NCBI GenBank assembly: GCA_964016885.1
Contig: OZ024749.1
Span: 6,882,001-6,946,000, forward strand
Direction: 5' to 3'
DNA: 64,000 bases
From: Eledone cirrhosa
Lineage: Eukaryota
Positions 50,572-64,000 of the stretch are shown here, piece after piece. The position numbers and the translations under genes were made by a program. The notes under the pieces were generated by a model. It made no database searches. It saw nothing but the letters and a program-made list of their open reading frames with translations, and was not told where the DNA came from. Positions within the stretch are counted from its first letter, which is position 1, and the number at the start of each line of letters is the position of its first letter.

Positions 50572-53500
50572 ACTAATATAATGGACTTTGTCACGTTACT
50601 AATAGAGACTTTATCATGTTACTAATAGAGACTTTATCATGTTACTAATATAGACTTTGTCATGCTACTAATATAGACTTTATCATGTTACTAATATAGA
50701 CTTTATCATGTTACTAATATAGACTTTGTCATGTTACTAATATAGACTTTATCATGTTACTAATGTAGACTTTGTCATGTTACTAATATAGACTTTATCA
50801 TGTTACTAATATAGACTTTGTCATGTTACTAATATAGACTTAGTCATGTTACTAATATAGACTGTGTCATGTTACTAATATAGACTTTGTCATGTTACTA
50901 ATATAGACTTTGTCATGTTACTAATATAGACTTTGTCATGTTACTAATATAGACTTTGTCATGTTACTAATATAGACTTTGTCATGTTACAAATATAGAC
51001 TGTGTCATGTTACTAATATAGACTTTGTCATGTTACTAATATAGACTTTGTCATGTTACTAATATAGACTTTGTCATGTTACTAATATAGACTTTGTCAT
51101 GTTACTAATGTAGACTTTGTCATGTTACTAATATAGACTTTATCATGTTACTAATGTAGACTTTGTCATGTTACTAATATAGACTTTATCATGTTACTAA
51201 TATAGACTTTGTCATGTTACTAATAGAGACTTTGTCATGTTACAAATATAGACTGTGTCATGTTACTAATATAGACTTTGTCACGCTACTAATATAGACT
51301 TTGTCATGTTACTAATATTGACTTTATCATGTTACTAATATAGACTTTATCATGTTACTAATATAGACTTTGTCATGTTACAAATATAGACTGTGTCATG
51401 TTACTAATATAGACTTTGTCACGCTACTAATATAGACTTTGTCATGTTACTAATATAGACTTTGTCATGTTACTAATATAGACTGTGTCATGTTACTAAT
51501 ATAGACTTTGTCATGTTACTAATATAGACTTTGTCATGTTACTAATATAGACTTTGTCATGTTACTAATATAGACTTTATCATGTTACTAATATAGACTT
51601 TGTCATGTTACTAATATAGACTTTATCATGTTACTAATATAGACTTTGTCATGTTACAAATATAGACTGTGTCATGTTACTAATATAGACTTTGTCACGC
51701 TACTAATATAGACTTTGTCATGTTACTAATATAGACTTTGTCATGCTACTAATAGAGACTTTGTCATGTTACTAATATAGACTTTGTTATGCTACTAATA
51801 GAGACTTTGTCATGTTACTAATATAGACTTTGTCATGTTACTAATATAGACTGTCATGTTACTAATATAGACTTTGTCATGTTACTAATATAGACTGTGT
51901 CATTTTACTAATATAGACTTTGTCATGTTACTAATATAGACTTTATCATGTTACTAATATAGACTTTATCATGTTACTAATATAGACTGTGTCATGTTAC
52001 TAATATAGACTTTATCATGTTACTAATAGAGACTTTGTCATGTTACTAATATAGACTGTGTCATGTTACTAATATAGACTTTGTCATGTTACTAATATAG
52101 ACTTTATCATGTTACTAATATAGACTTTGTCATGTTACTAATATAGACTGTGTCATGCTACTAATATAGACTTTGTCATGTTACTAATATAGACTTTGTC
52201 ATGTTACTAATATAGACTCAGTCATGTTACTAATATAGACTTTGTCATGTTACTAATATAGACTTTATCATGTTACTAATATAGACTTTGTCATGTTACT
52301 AATATAGACTTTGTCATGTTACTAATAGAGACTTTGTCATGTTACTAATATAGACTTTGTCATGTTACTAATATAGACTTTGTCATGTTACTAATATAGA
52401 CTTAGTCATGTTACTAATATAGACTTTGTCATGTTACTAATATAGACTTTGTCATGTTACTAATAGAGACTTTGTCATGTTACTAATATAGACTTTGTCA
52501 TGTTACTAATATAGACTTTGTTATGTTACTAATATAGACTTTGTTATGTTACTAATATAGACTTTGTCATGCTACTAATATAGACTTTGTCACGTTACTA
52601 ATATAGACTTTGTCATGTTACTAATATAGACTTAGTCATGTTACTAATATAGACTTTGTCATGTTACTAATATAGACTTTGTCATGTTACTAATAGAGAC
52701 TTTCTCATGTTACTAATAGAGACTTTCTCATGTTACTAATATAGACTTTGTCATGTTACTAATATAGACTTTGTCATGTTACTAATAGAGACTTTGTCAT
52801 GTTACTAATAGAGACTTTGTCATGTTACTAATAGAGACTTAGTCATGTTACTAATATAGACTTTGTCATGTTACTAATAGAGACTTTGTCATGTTACTAA
52901 TAGAGACTTTGTCATGTTACTAATAGAGACTTAGTCATGTTACTAATATAGACTTTGTCATGTTACTAATATAGACTTTGTCATGTTACTAATATAGACT
53001 TTGTCATGTTACTAATATAGACTTTGTCATGTTACTAATGTAGACTTTGTCATGTTACTAATAGAGACTTTGTCATGTTACTAATATAGACTTTGTCATG
53101 TTACTAATGTAGACTTTGTCATGTTACTAATATAGACTTTGTCATGTTACTAATATAGACTTTATCATGTTACTAATATAGACTTTGTCATGTTACTAAT
53201 ATAGACTTTGTCATGTTACTAATATAGACTGTGTCATGTTACTAATAGAGACTTTGTCATGTTACTAATATAGACTTTATCATGTTACTAATGTAGACTT
53301 TGTCATGTTACTAATGTAGACTTTGTCATGTTACTAATATAGACTTTGTCATGTTACTAATATAGACTTTATCATGTTACTAATGTAGACTTTGTCATGT
53401 TACTAATATAGACTTTGTCATGTTACTAATATAGACTTTGTCATGTTACTAATATAGACTTTGTCATGCTACTAATAGAGACTTTGTCATGTTACTAATA

Positions 53501-56036
53501 TAGACTTTGTTATGCTACTAATAGAGACTTTGTCATGTTACTAATATAGACTTTGTCATGTTACTAATATAGACTGTCATGTTACTAATATAGACTTTGT
53601 CATGTTACTAATATAGACTGTGTCATTTTACTAATATAGACTTTGTCATGTTACTAATATAGACTTTATCATGTTACTAATATAGACTTTATCATGTTAC
53701 TAATATAGACTGTGTCATGCTACTAATATAGACTTTGTCATGTTACTAATATAGACTTTATCATGTTACTAATAGAGACTTTGTCATGTTACTAATATAG
53801 ACTGTGTCATGTTACTAATATAGACTTTGTCATGTTACTAATATAGACTTTATCATGTTACTAATATAGACTTTGTCATGTTACTAATATAGACTGTGTC
53901 ATGCTACTAATATAGACTTTGTCATGTTACTAATATAGACTTTGTCATGTTACTAATATAGACTCAGTCATGTTACTAATATAGACTTTGTCATGTTACT
54001 AATATAGACTTTATCATGTTACTAATATAGACTTTGTCATGTTACTAATATAGACTTTGTCATGTTACTAATAGAGACTTTGTCATGTTACTAATATAGA
54101 CTTTGTCATGTTACTAATATAGACTTTGTCATGTTACGAATATAGACTTAGTCATGTTACTAATATAGACTTTGTCATGTTACTAATATAGACTTTGTCA
54201 TGTTACTAATAGAGACTTTGTCATGTTACTAATATAGACTTTGTCATGTTACTAATATAGACTTTGTTATGTTACTAATATAGACTTTGTCATGCTACTA
54301 ATATAGACTTTGTCACGTTACTAATATAGACTTTGTCATGTTACTAATATAGACTTAGTCATGTTACTAATATAGACTTTGTCATGTTACTAATATAGAC
54401 TTTGTCATGTTACTAATAGAGACTTTCTCATGTTACTAATAGAGACTTTCTCATGTTACTAATATAGACTTTGTCATGTTACTAATATAGACTTTGTCAT
54501 GTTACTAATAGAGACTTTGTCATGTTACTAATAGAGACTTTGTCATGTTACTAATAGAGACTTAGTCATGTTACTAATATAGACTTTGTCATATTACTAA
54601 TAGAGACTTTGTCATGTTACTAATAGAGACTGTGTCATGTTACTAATAGAGACTTAGTCATGTTACTAATATAGACTTTGTCATGTTACTAATATAGACT
54701 TTGTCATGTTACTAATATAGACTTTGTCATGTTACTAATATAGACTTTGTCATGTTACTAATGTAGACTTTGTCATGTTACTAATAGAGACTTTGTCATG
54801 TTACTAATATAGACTTTGTCATGTTACTAATGTAGACTTTGTCATGTTACTAATATAGACTTTGTCATGTTACTAATATAGACTTTATCATGTTACTAAT
54901 ATAGACTTTGTCATGTTACTAATATAGACTTTGTCATGTTACTAATATAGACTGTGTCATGTTACTAATAGAGACTTTGTCATGTTACTAATATAGACTT
55001 TATCATGTTACTAATGTAGACTTTGTCATGTTACTAATATAGACTTTGTCATGTTACTAATATAGACTTTATCATGTTACTAATGTAGACTTTGTCATGT
55101 TACTAATATAGACTTTGTCATGTTACTAATATAGACTTTGTCATGTTACTAATATAGACTTTGTCATGTTACTAATATAGACTTTGTCATGTTACTAATA
55201 GAGACTTTGTCATGTTACTAATATAGACTTTGTCATGTTACTAATAGAGACTTTGTCATGTTACTAATATAGACTTTGTCATGTTACTAATATAGACTTT
55301 GTCATGTTACTAATATAGACTTTGTCATGTTACTAATATAGACTTTGTCATGTTACTAATATAGACTTTGTCATGTTACTAATAGAGACTTTGTCATGTT
55401 ACTAATATAGACTTTGTCATGTTACTAATATAGACTTTGTCATGTTACTAATATAGACTTTGTCATGTTACTAATATAGACTTTGTCATGTTACTAATAG
55501 AGACTTTGTCATGTTACTAATATAGACTTTGTCATGTTACTAATATAGACTTTGTCATGTTACTAATATAGACTTTGTCATGTTACTAATATAGACTTTG
55601 TCATGTTACTAATATAGACTTTGTCATGTTACTAATATAGACTTTGTCATGTTACTAATAGAGACTTTGTCATGTTACTAATATAGACTTTGTCATGTTA
55701 CTAATATAGACTTTGTCATGTTACTAATATAGACTTTGTCATGTTACTAATATAGACTTTGTCATGTTACTAATAGAGACTTTGTCATGTTACTAATATA
55801 GACTTTGTCATGTTACTAATATAGACTTTGTCATGTTACTAATATAGACTTTGTCATGTTACTAATATAGACTTTGTCATGTTACTAATATAGACTTTGT
55901 CATGTTACTAATATAGACTTTGTCATGTTACTAATATAGACTTTGTCATGTTACTAATATAGACTTTGTCATGTTACTAATAGAGACTTTGTCATGTTAC
56001 TAATATAGACTTTGTCATGTTACTAATATAGACTTT
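50572..56036. repeat. 23-bp satellite, about 237 units
   Basis: Unit gactttgtcatgttactaatata. Confidence 0.97.
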
Positions 56037-56469
56037 ATATATATATATATACATGACTAACTGGAATGACTGCTTGGATATTCGGCTGAAACTCATCTTG
56101 TGGATTGTTGTTTGCCCAGTACTCAGGCAAGAGGTATAGTTACACTAGCAGAGAGAGGTGAGAAGATGGAATAGAGTATATGCCAGCAATATATATCACC
56201 AACACTCAGTCTAAGATATTTCTATCATCTCCTTGGCAGTTCCACTCATGAAATAGCTACAGCTCAGCCATTGGGTCCTCTCTCTTTATAATATAAACAT
56301 ATTCTACTACATTAATGATGAAAGGCAAAGCTAATCTTGGTGGAATTTGAACTCAGAATATAAAGGGACATAACTCTGTCACAAAACATTGTCCAACACT
56401 CTTCTATTAACCTATGCTACCATGGAAAGTGGATGTTAAATGATGATGATGATGATAACTAAGCTCTAT

Positions 56470-57092
56470 TTTAGTTCCTACCAAACCATCTGAAACAGTA
56501 CCTGGTTCTAGGATACAAAATTGTTTATTTTTATCTAAAATCTTGCTATTATAATTTTCTGTAAAGAAATTTTGTTAAATTTGATTCCAAACACCAAGTC
56601 AATATTGAGAAAGTTACTTATATTACTAAATCTTTTCAAATACTTTATTATTTTCAAAATAATTTGAAAACAATAAGCAGTATTTTTAATTAGAAGCATG
56701 GTAATGAAAAGGTTAAACAAATCTTCATTCATAATTTTATATAAAGAAACTTTAAGTTCTGTTCCAAACATCAACTTAATAAGGAAAACGTTAATTATAT
56801 TACTAAATCTCAACAAATTCTTGATTATTTTCAAAATTATTTGGAAACCATAAACAGTGTCTTTCATTAGAAATATGGCAATGAAAGTTTTAATGTGTTT
56901 ATATTTATGAAAAAAAATCTTCAATCATACTTTTATATAAATAACCTTTGGTATGTTCTGTTCAAAAGACCAGCTTAATAATGAGAAGGTTAGTTATATT
57001 TCTAAATCTCACTAAACTCTTGATTATTTTCAAAATTATGTGAAAACCATAAACAATGTATTTCATTAGAAATATGGCAATGAAACGGTTAA
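56470..57092 (+). mobile_element. Degenerate MITE-like element with 3 tandem ~180-200-bp subterminal units
   Basis: Units start at about 56586, 56763 and 56961 and end in atgg(c/t)aatgaaa..g(g/t)ttaa. Related to 58329-58518, which begins ttaaccctttt. Confidence 0.45.
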
Positions 57093-57454
57093 GTCAATAT
57101 AGTCATATGTTTGTATTTCTTCTTCCACATAATACATGTACAGGCTTGGCTGTGTTGTTGAGAAATTCATTTTGCAGTCACATGGTTCTGGGTTCAGTCC
57201 TATGGCATGACCCCTTGGTAAGTGTCTTCTACTATAGCCACTGGTTGACCAATGGCTTGTGAATGGAAATTTGAAGACAGAAACTGCAGATGTCCAACCT
57301 TCAATTCATAGCTGGGTTTTCAAAATGTTTATTTATTAAACTTACCATATATCTTTAGATATACAAAATTCACATACATGTATGCATACAGCTATGTCAA
57401 AGCTAAATTCTAAATATATATATATATATATATATATATGCATATGGAAAAAAT

Positions 57455-57720
57455 TAAGCTTGCATGCTCTGATGAATGTGTAATAGCAATATATGTTAAC
57501 GGCAAAGCATAAACAAATTGATAGAGAGTCTAGGCATAAGAGGAATCAAATGCTGTGTGCAGGGGAGGAGATTACGTTGGTATGGACATGTGATACATAT
57601 GAAGGATGACAGCTGCATAAAAAGGTGCAGAGCACTCAAAGTCGACGGAAGTTGTGGAGTGGGGAGACCCAAGAAGACCTGGGATGAGGTGATAAAATCC
57701 GATCTTGCTCAATTGCACCA
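57455..57720 (+). mobile_element. RTE LINE C-terminal fragment
   Basis: LGIRGIKCCVQGRRLRWYGHV..GRPKKTWDEVI. Confidence 0.85.
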
Positions 57721-58756
57721 CATATACATATATGTATATATATATATATGTGTGTCTGTATGTGTGTGCCTATGTTTACGTTTATGTCTGCATCTGTTTT
57801 ATGGTCTGTAACTTAGCTATCTTACAAAATAAAACAAAAAAGATCAATAAAATAAATGCCAGACTTTAAAAATATAAGTAGTGAGGATGACATGATCGAC
57901 TAAATCCCTTTAAGGTAATGCCCCAGCATGGCAGCAGTCTAATGACTGACACCAGTAAAAGAATAAAAGAATACATTTTGTGGTTGTCAATGGTACAATC
58001 AAAGTGTTTTATAAAAGTCACTTATTATAAATCTATTTTACTGCCACCATCAAAGTCAATTTACTATGGTAGAGATTGAAAGAGTGTAAGAGCATCATTA
58101 AATGTGTAGCTCTGCCAGCTTCTATTAAACTTAGATAAGAAAATGTTTAAAAGTATTCAGAGATTGGCTGTTTACAGCAGTGTTCAGTGAAATCCTTTCT
58201 CCAAAAATACATAACCTTCTACAGAAAACAATGGATGATTAGTCTTGGACCTTGCCGGGCATTATTGTCTAGAATTTCTCAATGTAGTCAGCTTTTGTTT
58301 TGATTGTTTTTTAGGTTCTATTAGATTCTTAACCCTTTTGATACCAAACTGCCTGTAATTGTCCAAGGTTCTATGATACTAAGCACTATACTAATAGATA
58401 TTTATATTCATATAAAAAACCTTCCACCATAATTTTATACTCTAAACACCAACAATGTGATTTGTAGTTCTGTTACTAAACACAGCCAAATATTTCGGTT
58501 GTTTTCAACAGGGTTTAATAATTACAATCAGTGTATTTCAGTAAAAATATGGCAAAGACATGACAACCTCTCCTGTGCACTCATTGGTATGTGAGACTGT
58601 ACATAAAGGAGACAAAGATCCCTGGCTTCTCTGGGAGATAAGTGGCTCTGCTTTAGGACTGACTTGGTCTGTATAGACTCATCCAACACTTATTAGCAAG
58701 GAAAGTGGTTGTTAAATCAACAATGATGATGCTGTATACATATGTCTGTATACATA

Positions 58757-61700
58757 TCCAGCCCACACTGTAAAGTGGTCGTGTAGGTGTCACAACAAAA
58801 ATCACCCAGCCCACACTGTAAAGTGGTCGTGTAGGTGTCACAACAAAAATCACTCAGCCCACACTGTAAAGTGGTTGTGTAGGTGTCACAACAAAAATCA
58901 CCCAGCCCACACTGTAAAGTGGTCGTGTAGGTGTCACAACAAAAATCACCCAGCCCACACTGTAAAGTGGTCGTGTAGGTGTCACAACAAAAAGCACCCA
59001 GCCCACACAGTAAAGTGGTCATGTAGGTGTCACAACAAAAAGCACCCAGCCCACACTATAAAGTGGTCGTGTAGGTGTCACAACAAAAAGCACCCAGCCC
59101 ACACTGTAAAGTGGTCGTGTAGGTGTCACAACAAAAAGCACCCAGCCCACACTGTAAAGTGGTCATGTAGGTGTCACAACAAAAATCCCCCAGCCCACAC
59201 TGTAAAGTGGTCATGTAGGTGTCACAACAAAAATCCCCCAGCCCACACTGTAAAGTGGTCGTGTAGGTGTCACAACAAAAATCACCCAGCCCACACAGTA
59301 AAGTGGTCGTGTAGGTGTCACAACAAAAAGCACCCAGCCCACACTGTAAAGTGGTCGTGTAGGTGTCACAACAAAAAGCACCCAGCCCACACTGTAAAGT
59401 GGTCGTGTAGGTGTCACAACAAAAATCACTCAGCCCACACTGTAAAGTGGTTGTGTAGGTGTCACAACAAAAAGCACCCAGCCCACACTGTAAAGTGGTC
59501 GTGTAGGTGTCACAACAAAAAGCACCCAGCCCACACAGTAAAGTGGTCGTGTAGGTGTCACAACAAAAAGCACCCAGCCCACACTGTAAAGTGGTCATGT
59601 AGGTGTCACAACAAAAATCCCCCAGCCCACACTGTAAAGTGGTCATGTAGGTGTCACAACAAAAATCCCCCAGCCCACACTGTAAAGTGGTCGTGTAGGT
59701 GTCACAACAAAAATCACCCAGCCCACACAGTAAAGTGGTCGTGTAGGTGTCACAACAAAAAGCACCCAGCCCACACTGTAAAGTGGTCGTGTAGGTGTCA
59801 CAACAAAAATCACTCAGCCCACACTGTAAAGTGGTCGTGTAGGTGTCACAACAAAAAGCACCCAGCCCACACTGTAAAGTGGTCGTGTAGGTGTCACAAC
59901 AAAAAGCACCCAGCCCACACAGTAAAGTGGTCGTGTAGGTGTCACAACAAAAAGCACCCAGCCCACACTGTAAAGTGGTCATGTAGGTGTCACAACAAAA
60001 ATCCCCCAGCCCACACTGTAAAGTGGTCGTGTAGGTGTCACAACAAAAATCACCCAGCCCACACAGTAAAGTGGTCGTGTAGGTGTCACAACAAAAAGCA
60101 CCCAGCCCACACTGTAAAGTGGTCGTGTAGGTGTCACAACAAAAAGCACCCAGCCCACACTGTAAAGTGGTCGTGTAGGTGTCACAACAAAAATCACCCA
60201 GCCCACACTGTAAAGTGGTCGTGTAGGTGTCACAACAAAAATCACTCAGCCCACACTGTAAAGTGGTTGTGTAGGTGTCACAACAAAAATCACCCAGCCC
60301 ACACTGTAAAGTGGTCGTGTAGGTGTCACAACAAAAATCACCCAGCCCACACTGTAAAGTGGTCGTGTAGGTGTCACAACAAAAAGCACCCAGCCCACAC
60401 AGTAAAGTGGTCATGTAGGTGTCACAACAAAAAGCACCCAGCCCACACTATAAAGTGGTCGTGTAGGTGTCACAACAAAAAGCACCCAGCCCACACTGTA
60501 AAGTGGTCGTGTAGGTGTCACAACAAAAAGCACCCAGCCCACACTGTAAAGTGGTCGTGTAGGTGTCACAACAAAAATCACCCAGCCCACACTGTAAAGT
60601 GGTCGTGTAGGTGTCACAACAAAAAGCACCCAGCCCACACAGTAAAGTGGTCATGTAGGTGTCACAACAAAAAGCACCCAGCCCACACTATAAAGTGGTC
60701 GTGTAGGTGTCACAACAAAAAGCACCCAGCCCACACTGTAAAGTGGTCGTGTAGGTGTCACAACAAAAAGCACCCAGCCCACACTGTAAAGTGGTCATGT
60801 AGGTGTCACAACAAAAATCACCCAGCCCACACTGTAAAGTGGTCATGTAGGTGTCACAACAAAAATCACCCAGCCCACACAGTAAAGTGGTCGTGTAGGT
60901 GTCACAACAAAAAGCACCCAGCCCACACTGTAAAGTGGTCGTGTAGGTGTCACAACAAAAAGCACCCAGCCCACACTGTAAAGTGGTCGTGTAGGTGTCA
61001 CAACAAAAATCACTCAGCCCACACTGTAAAGTGGTTGTGTAGGTGTCACAACAAAAAGCACCCAGCCCACACTGTAAAGTGGTCGTGTAGGTGTCACAAC
61101 AAAAAGCACCCAGCCCACACAGTAAAGTGGTCGTGTAGGTGTCACAACAAAAAGCACCCAGCCCACACTGTAAAGTGGTCATGTAGGTGTCACAACAAAA
61201 ATCCCCCAGCCCACACTGTAAAGTGGTCATGTAGGTGTCACAACAAAAATCCCCCAGCCCACACTGTAAAGTGGTCGTGTAGGTGTCACAACAAAAATCA
61301 CCCAGCCCACACAGTAAAGTGGTCGTGTAGGTGTCACAACAAAAAGCACCCAGCCCACACTGTAAAGTGGTCGTGTAGGTGTCACAACAAAAATCACTCA
61401 GCCCACACTGTAAAGTGGTCGTGTAGGTGTCACAACAAAAAGCACCCAGCCCACACTGTAAAGTGGTCGTGTAGGTGTCACAACAAAAAGCACCCAGCCC
61501 ACACAGTAAAGTGGTCGTGTAGGTGTCACAACAAAAAGCACCCAGCCCACACTGTAAAGTGGTCATGTAGGTGTCACAACAAAAATCCCCCAGCCCACAC
61601 TGTAAAGTGGTCGTGTAGGTGTCACAACAAAAATCACCCAGCCCACACAGTAAAGTGGTCGTGTAGGTGTCACAACAAAAAGCACCCAGCCCACACTGTA

Positions 61701-61935
61701 AAGTGGTCGTGTAGGTGTCACAACAAAAAGCACCCAGCCCACACTGTAAAGTGGTCGTGTAGGTGTCACAACAAAAAGCACCCAGCCCACACTGTAAAGT
61801 GGTCGTGTAGGTGTCACAACAAAAAGCACCCAGCCCACACTGTAAAGTGGTCGTGTAGGTGTCACAACAAAAAGCACCCAGCCCACACTGTAAAGTGGTC
61901 GTGTAGGTGTCACAACAAAAATCCCCTAGCCCACA
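58757..61935 (+). repeat. 48-bp satellite derived from a SINE/LINE 3' module, about 66 units
   Basis: Unit aaaaagcacccagcccacactgtaaagtggtcgtgtaggtgtcacaac. Runs directly into the retroposon tail at 61935-62095. Confidence 0.95.
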
Positions 61936-62289
61936 CTGTCAATGTGGTTGGTGTTAGGAAGGCGATCCAGCTGTAGAAATCTAGCCAGAAACAGTTCTAT
62001 ATGAGCAAGACACAGTCACCTGACCTAACTTGCCTCTAATGGGACAACCTGTCTAACCCATGCTAGCATTGAAAATAGACGTTAACCGATGAAGATTATA
62101 TATATATACATATATATATACATAAATAGTAAAATAGAAAATTTCACTCTAAATGGCTGATTACAATAAATGTAATCTGAGTTTTTCGAATATTAATAAT
62201 AACATTCGATTCGTTTGCAATTATGCAACAGTCACTGTGTATTTTTGAAAATAGCATATATTTTCACTAGCTCTGACAGTTTGGGAGGA

Positions 62290-62351
62290 GAACAGTGAGC
62301 TGTACTGATGAAGGGTGATACCCAGAAACATTAGTGTCTGCAGTTCTGTTC
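62290..62351 (+). ncRNA. Type-I hammerhead ribozyme
   Basis: Helix I gaaca-gt-gagctgta/tgcagttc-tgttc; CTGATGA 62305-62311; helix II gggt/accc with an A.A basal mismatch; GAAACA-ttag-TGTC giving a GUC triplet. Lies between inverted arms 62173-62228/62419-62471. Confidence 0.75.
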
Positions 62352-62469
62352 GCATGCCAACATAAGAGCAAATATGAAGTGTTCATTCTACTGACATGGC
62401 TATAAAATTTAGGCTTGTTTGCAAAATTGCAAACGAATCGAATGATATTAATATTCGAAAAATTCAGAT

Positions 62470-62500
<31 letters not shown>

Positions 62501-62505
<5 letters not shown>

Positions 62506-62860
62506 ATTAAAAAAATAATGAATAAAACAATGAAACAGTTCCTTATATTAAACAAAAAAAGTTCATTATTTAACGATCGTTTCTAGGACATATATGTGTT
62601 AGAATTGGCATAATGCCAATTCTAACACATATATGTCCTAGAAACGATCGTTAAATAATGAACTTTTTTTGTTTAATATAAGGAACTGTTTCATTGTTTT
62701 ATTCATTATTTTTTTAATACTTTATCTTGACTCTGTATTCCGTTTATCTTTCACCGAAAGTGATTTTGAATGCATCTCTTCTTTCCATGATATCCGGATT
62801 ACATTGAGTTCTTCATACGGATTGGACACTACCGTAAACTCTTGGTAGATTTATCTACAT
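62501..62860 (+). mobile_element. Foldback element, second copy of the 23795 family
   Basis: Arms 62501-62611/62613-62723 plus the same tail, with (TA)n on both sides. Carries only the HHR 3' half (GAAACGATCGTT). Confidence 0.85.
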
Positions 62861-63206
62861 ATATATATATATATATATAAATAGAGAGAGAGAGAGATCT
62901 ATAATTTGTTGTGCTCAATTGAACATAGATTTTATTGTTTTAGCCTTGAGTGTATATTTCATTAGTCACACCTTCAACTTGCATTTCATTAGATTATATA
63001 CATACGCACATACACAAAAATATACATATATATTATATATATAATATACATAACATATATATTAAATATATATTATTCATATAACATATATATCAAATAT
63101 ATATAACATATATATTAAATATATATATTATATAGTATATATATATAACATATATATTAAATACATATAACACACATACACATATATACATATATATATA
63201 TATATA

Positions 63207-63437
63207 AATAGGAAAACGTATGACCCCGACGGCAGAGCTCAAGCCGTTTCGACGGCTATTTCTGGACTAAATTAGAATTTTTCATTAAAATTCTAATTTA
63301 ATCCAGAAATAGCCGTCGAAACGGCTTGAGCTCTGCCGTCGGGGTCATACTTTTTCCTATTACCCACTCTACTACCCTAAGTATTGAGTACTCTGGTGCG
63401 TTATGGTACATCTGGTTCCTTACCACAACTCCTTCGT
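63207..63437 (+). mobile_element. Foldback element with HHR 3' half, between (TA)n tracts
   Basis: Arms about 63207-63281/63287-63361 and a ~76-nt tail. GAAAC-GGC-ttgagctct-GCC-GTC forms helix III plus GUC. Same family at 8786-8918 and 9150-9308. Confidence 0.8.
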
Positions 63438-63499
63438 TATATATATATCATCATCGTCCTCCTTATCATCATCATTTTACGTCCGCTTTTCCCTGCTTG

Positions 63500-63534
<35 letters not shown>

Positions 63535-63620
63535 GATCTATGTACAAAATTATACAAAATTATACAAACTATCAAGATTAATTTTGTACATAGATCTGTT
63601 GAATATGCATGCCAATTCTA

Positions 63621-63670
<50 letters not shown>

Positions 63671-64000
63671 AATAAACTCTGCTAACCTTATTTTAAATAT
63701 AATCATTATTTAAGCTTTCATGTAAATTCTGTGAACAGTAAAGTATATAAAATAGAGCAAGAAAGCACCAATGACTACAACAAAGTTATTAGTTCTAATC
63801 TAACAATCAAAGGGATTCTTAGTTACCTTTTGACTTAGAGACTCTTTTTTGTCTCTGTTAAGTTGGCTTATTTTTTGTCTGTTTTATTGTTTTCTATGAA
63901 AATGTCGATTATTGTCACATTATCTATGTTTACTTACAGTAATTATACTTATTATTTCTCAAATTAAAAAACGGAGAACAGTAAATTTCCTCTCTTTTAA

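Noticed and set aside
50572-56036. CRISPR-like regular repeats (also the 22-, 48- and 109-bp arrays)
   Set aside because: These are head-to-tail units with no unique spacers, no cas genes, and a eukaryotic context.
58875-61976. 1033-aa Cys/His repeat ORF resembling a metal-binding protein
   Set aside because: The 48-bp SINE-derived unit simply lacks a stop in that frame. There is no ATG start and no unique domain.

Overview
A repeat-dominated, AT-rich animal genomic window with no recognisable host exon. The SINE types and abundant (TA)n suggest a cephalopod or other mollusc, but this is inference. Conventional content: decayed RTE-clade LINEs with a partner tRNA-derived SINE, a second Nin/Deu-like SINE family, a Penelope-like retroelement (PLE; RT + GIY-YIG, 33241-36200), an L1/Tx1-like 3' fragment, piggyBac- and hAT-type MITEs, a probable non-autonomous Helitron, and large satellites with 54, 22, 23 and 48 bp units. 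The standout signal is about a dozen type-I hammerhead ribozyme (HHR) motifs from roughly eight sequence families, folded here by hand. Most sit in short non-coding foldback elements in or beside (TA)n tracts, with a recurring layout of (TA)n - inverted arm - arm - unpaired tail - (TA)n. Several have a very long helix II, a palindromic helix III, a GUU cleavage triplet or a mismatch at the base of helix II. This looks like a population of non-autonomous, ribozyme-bearing PLE derivatives that target (TA)n, with a candidate mobilising PLE in the same window. The long ORFs over the satellites are repeat artefacts.
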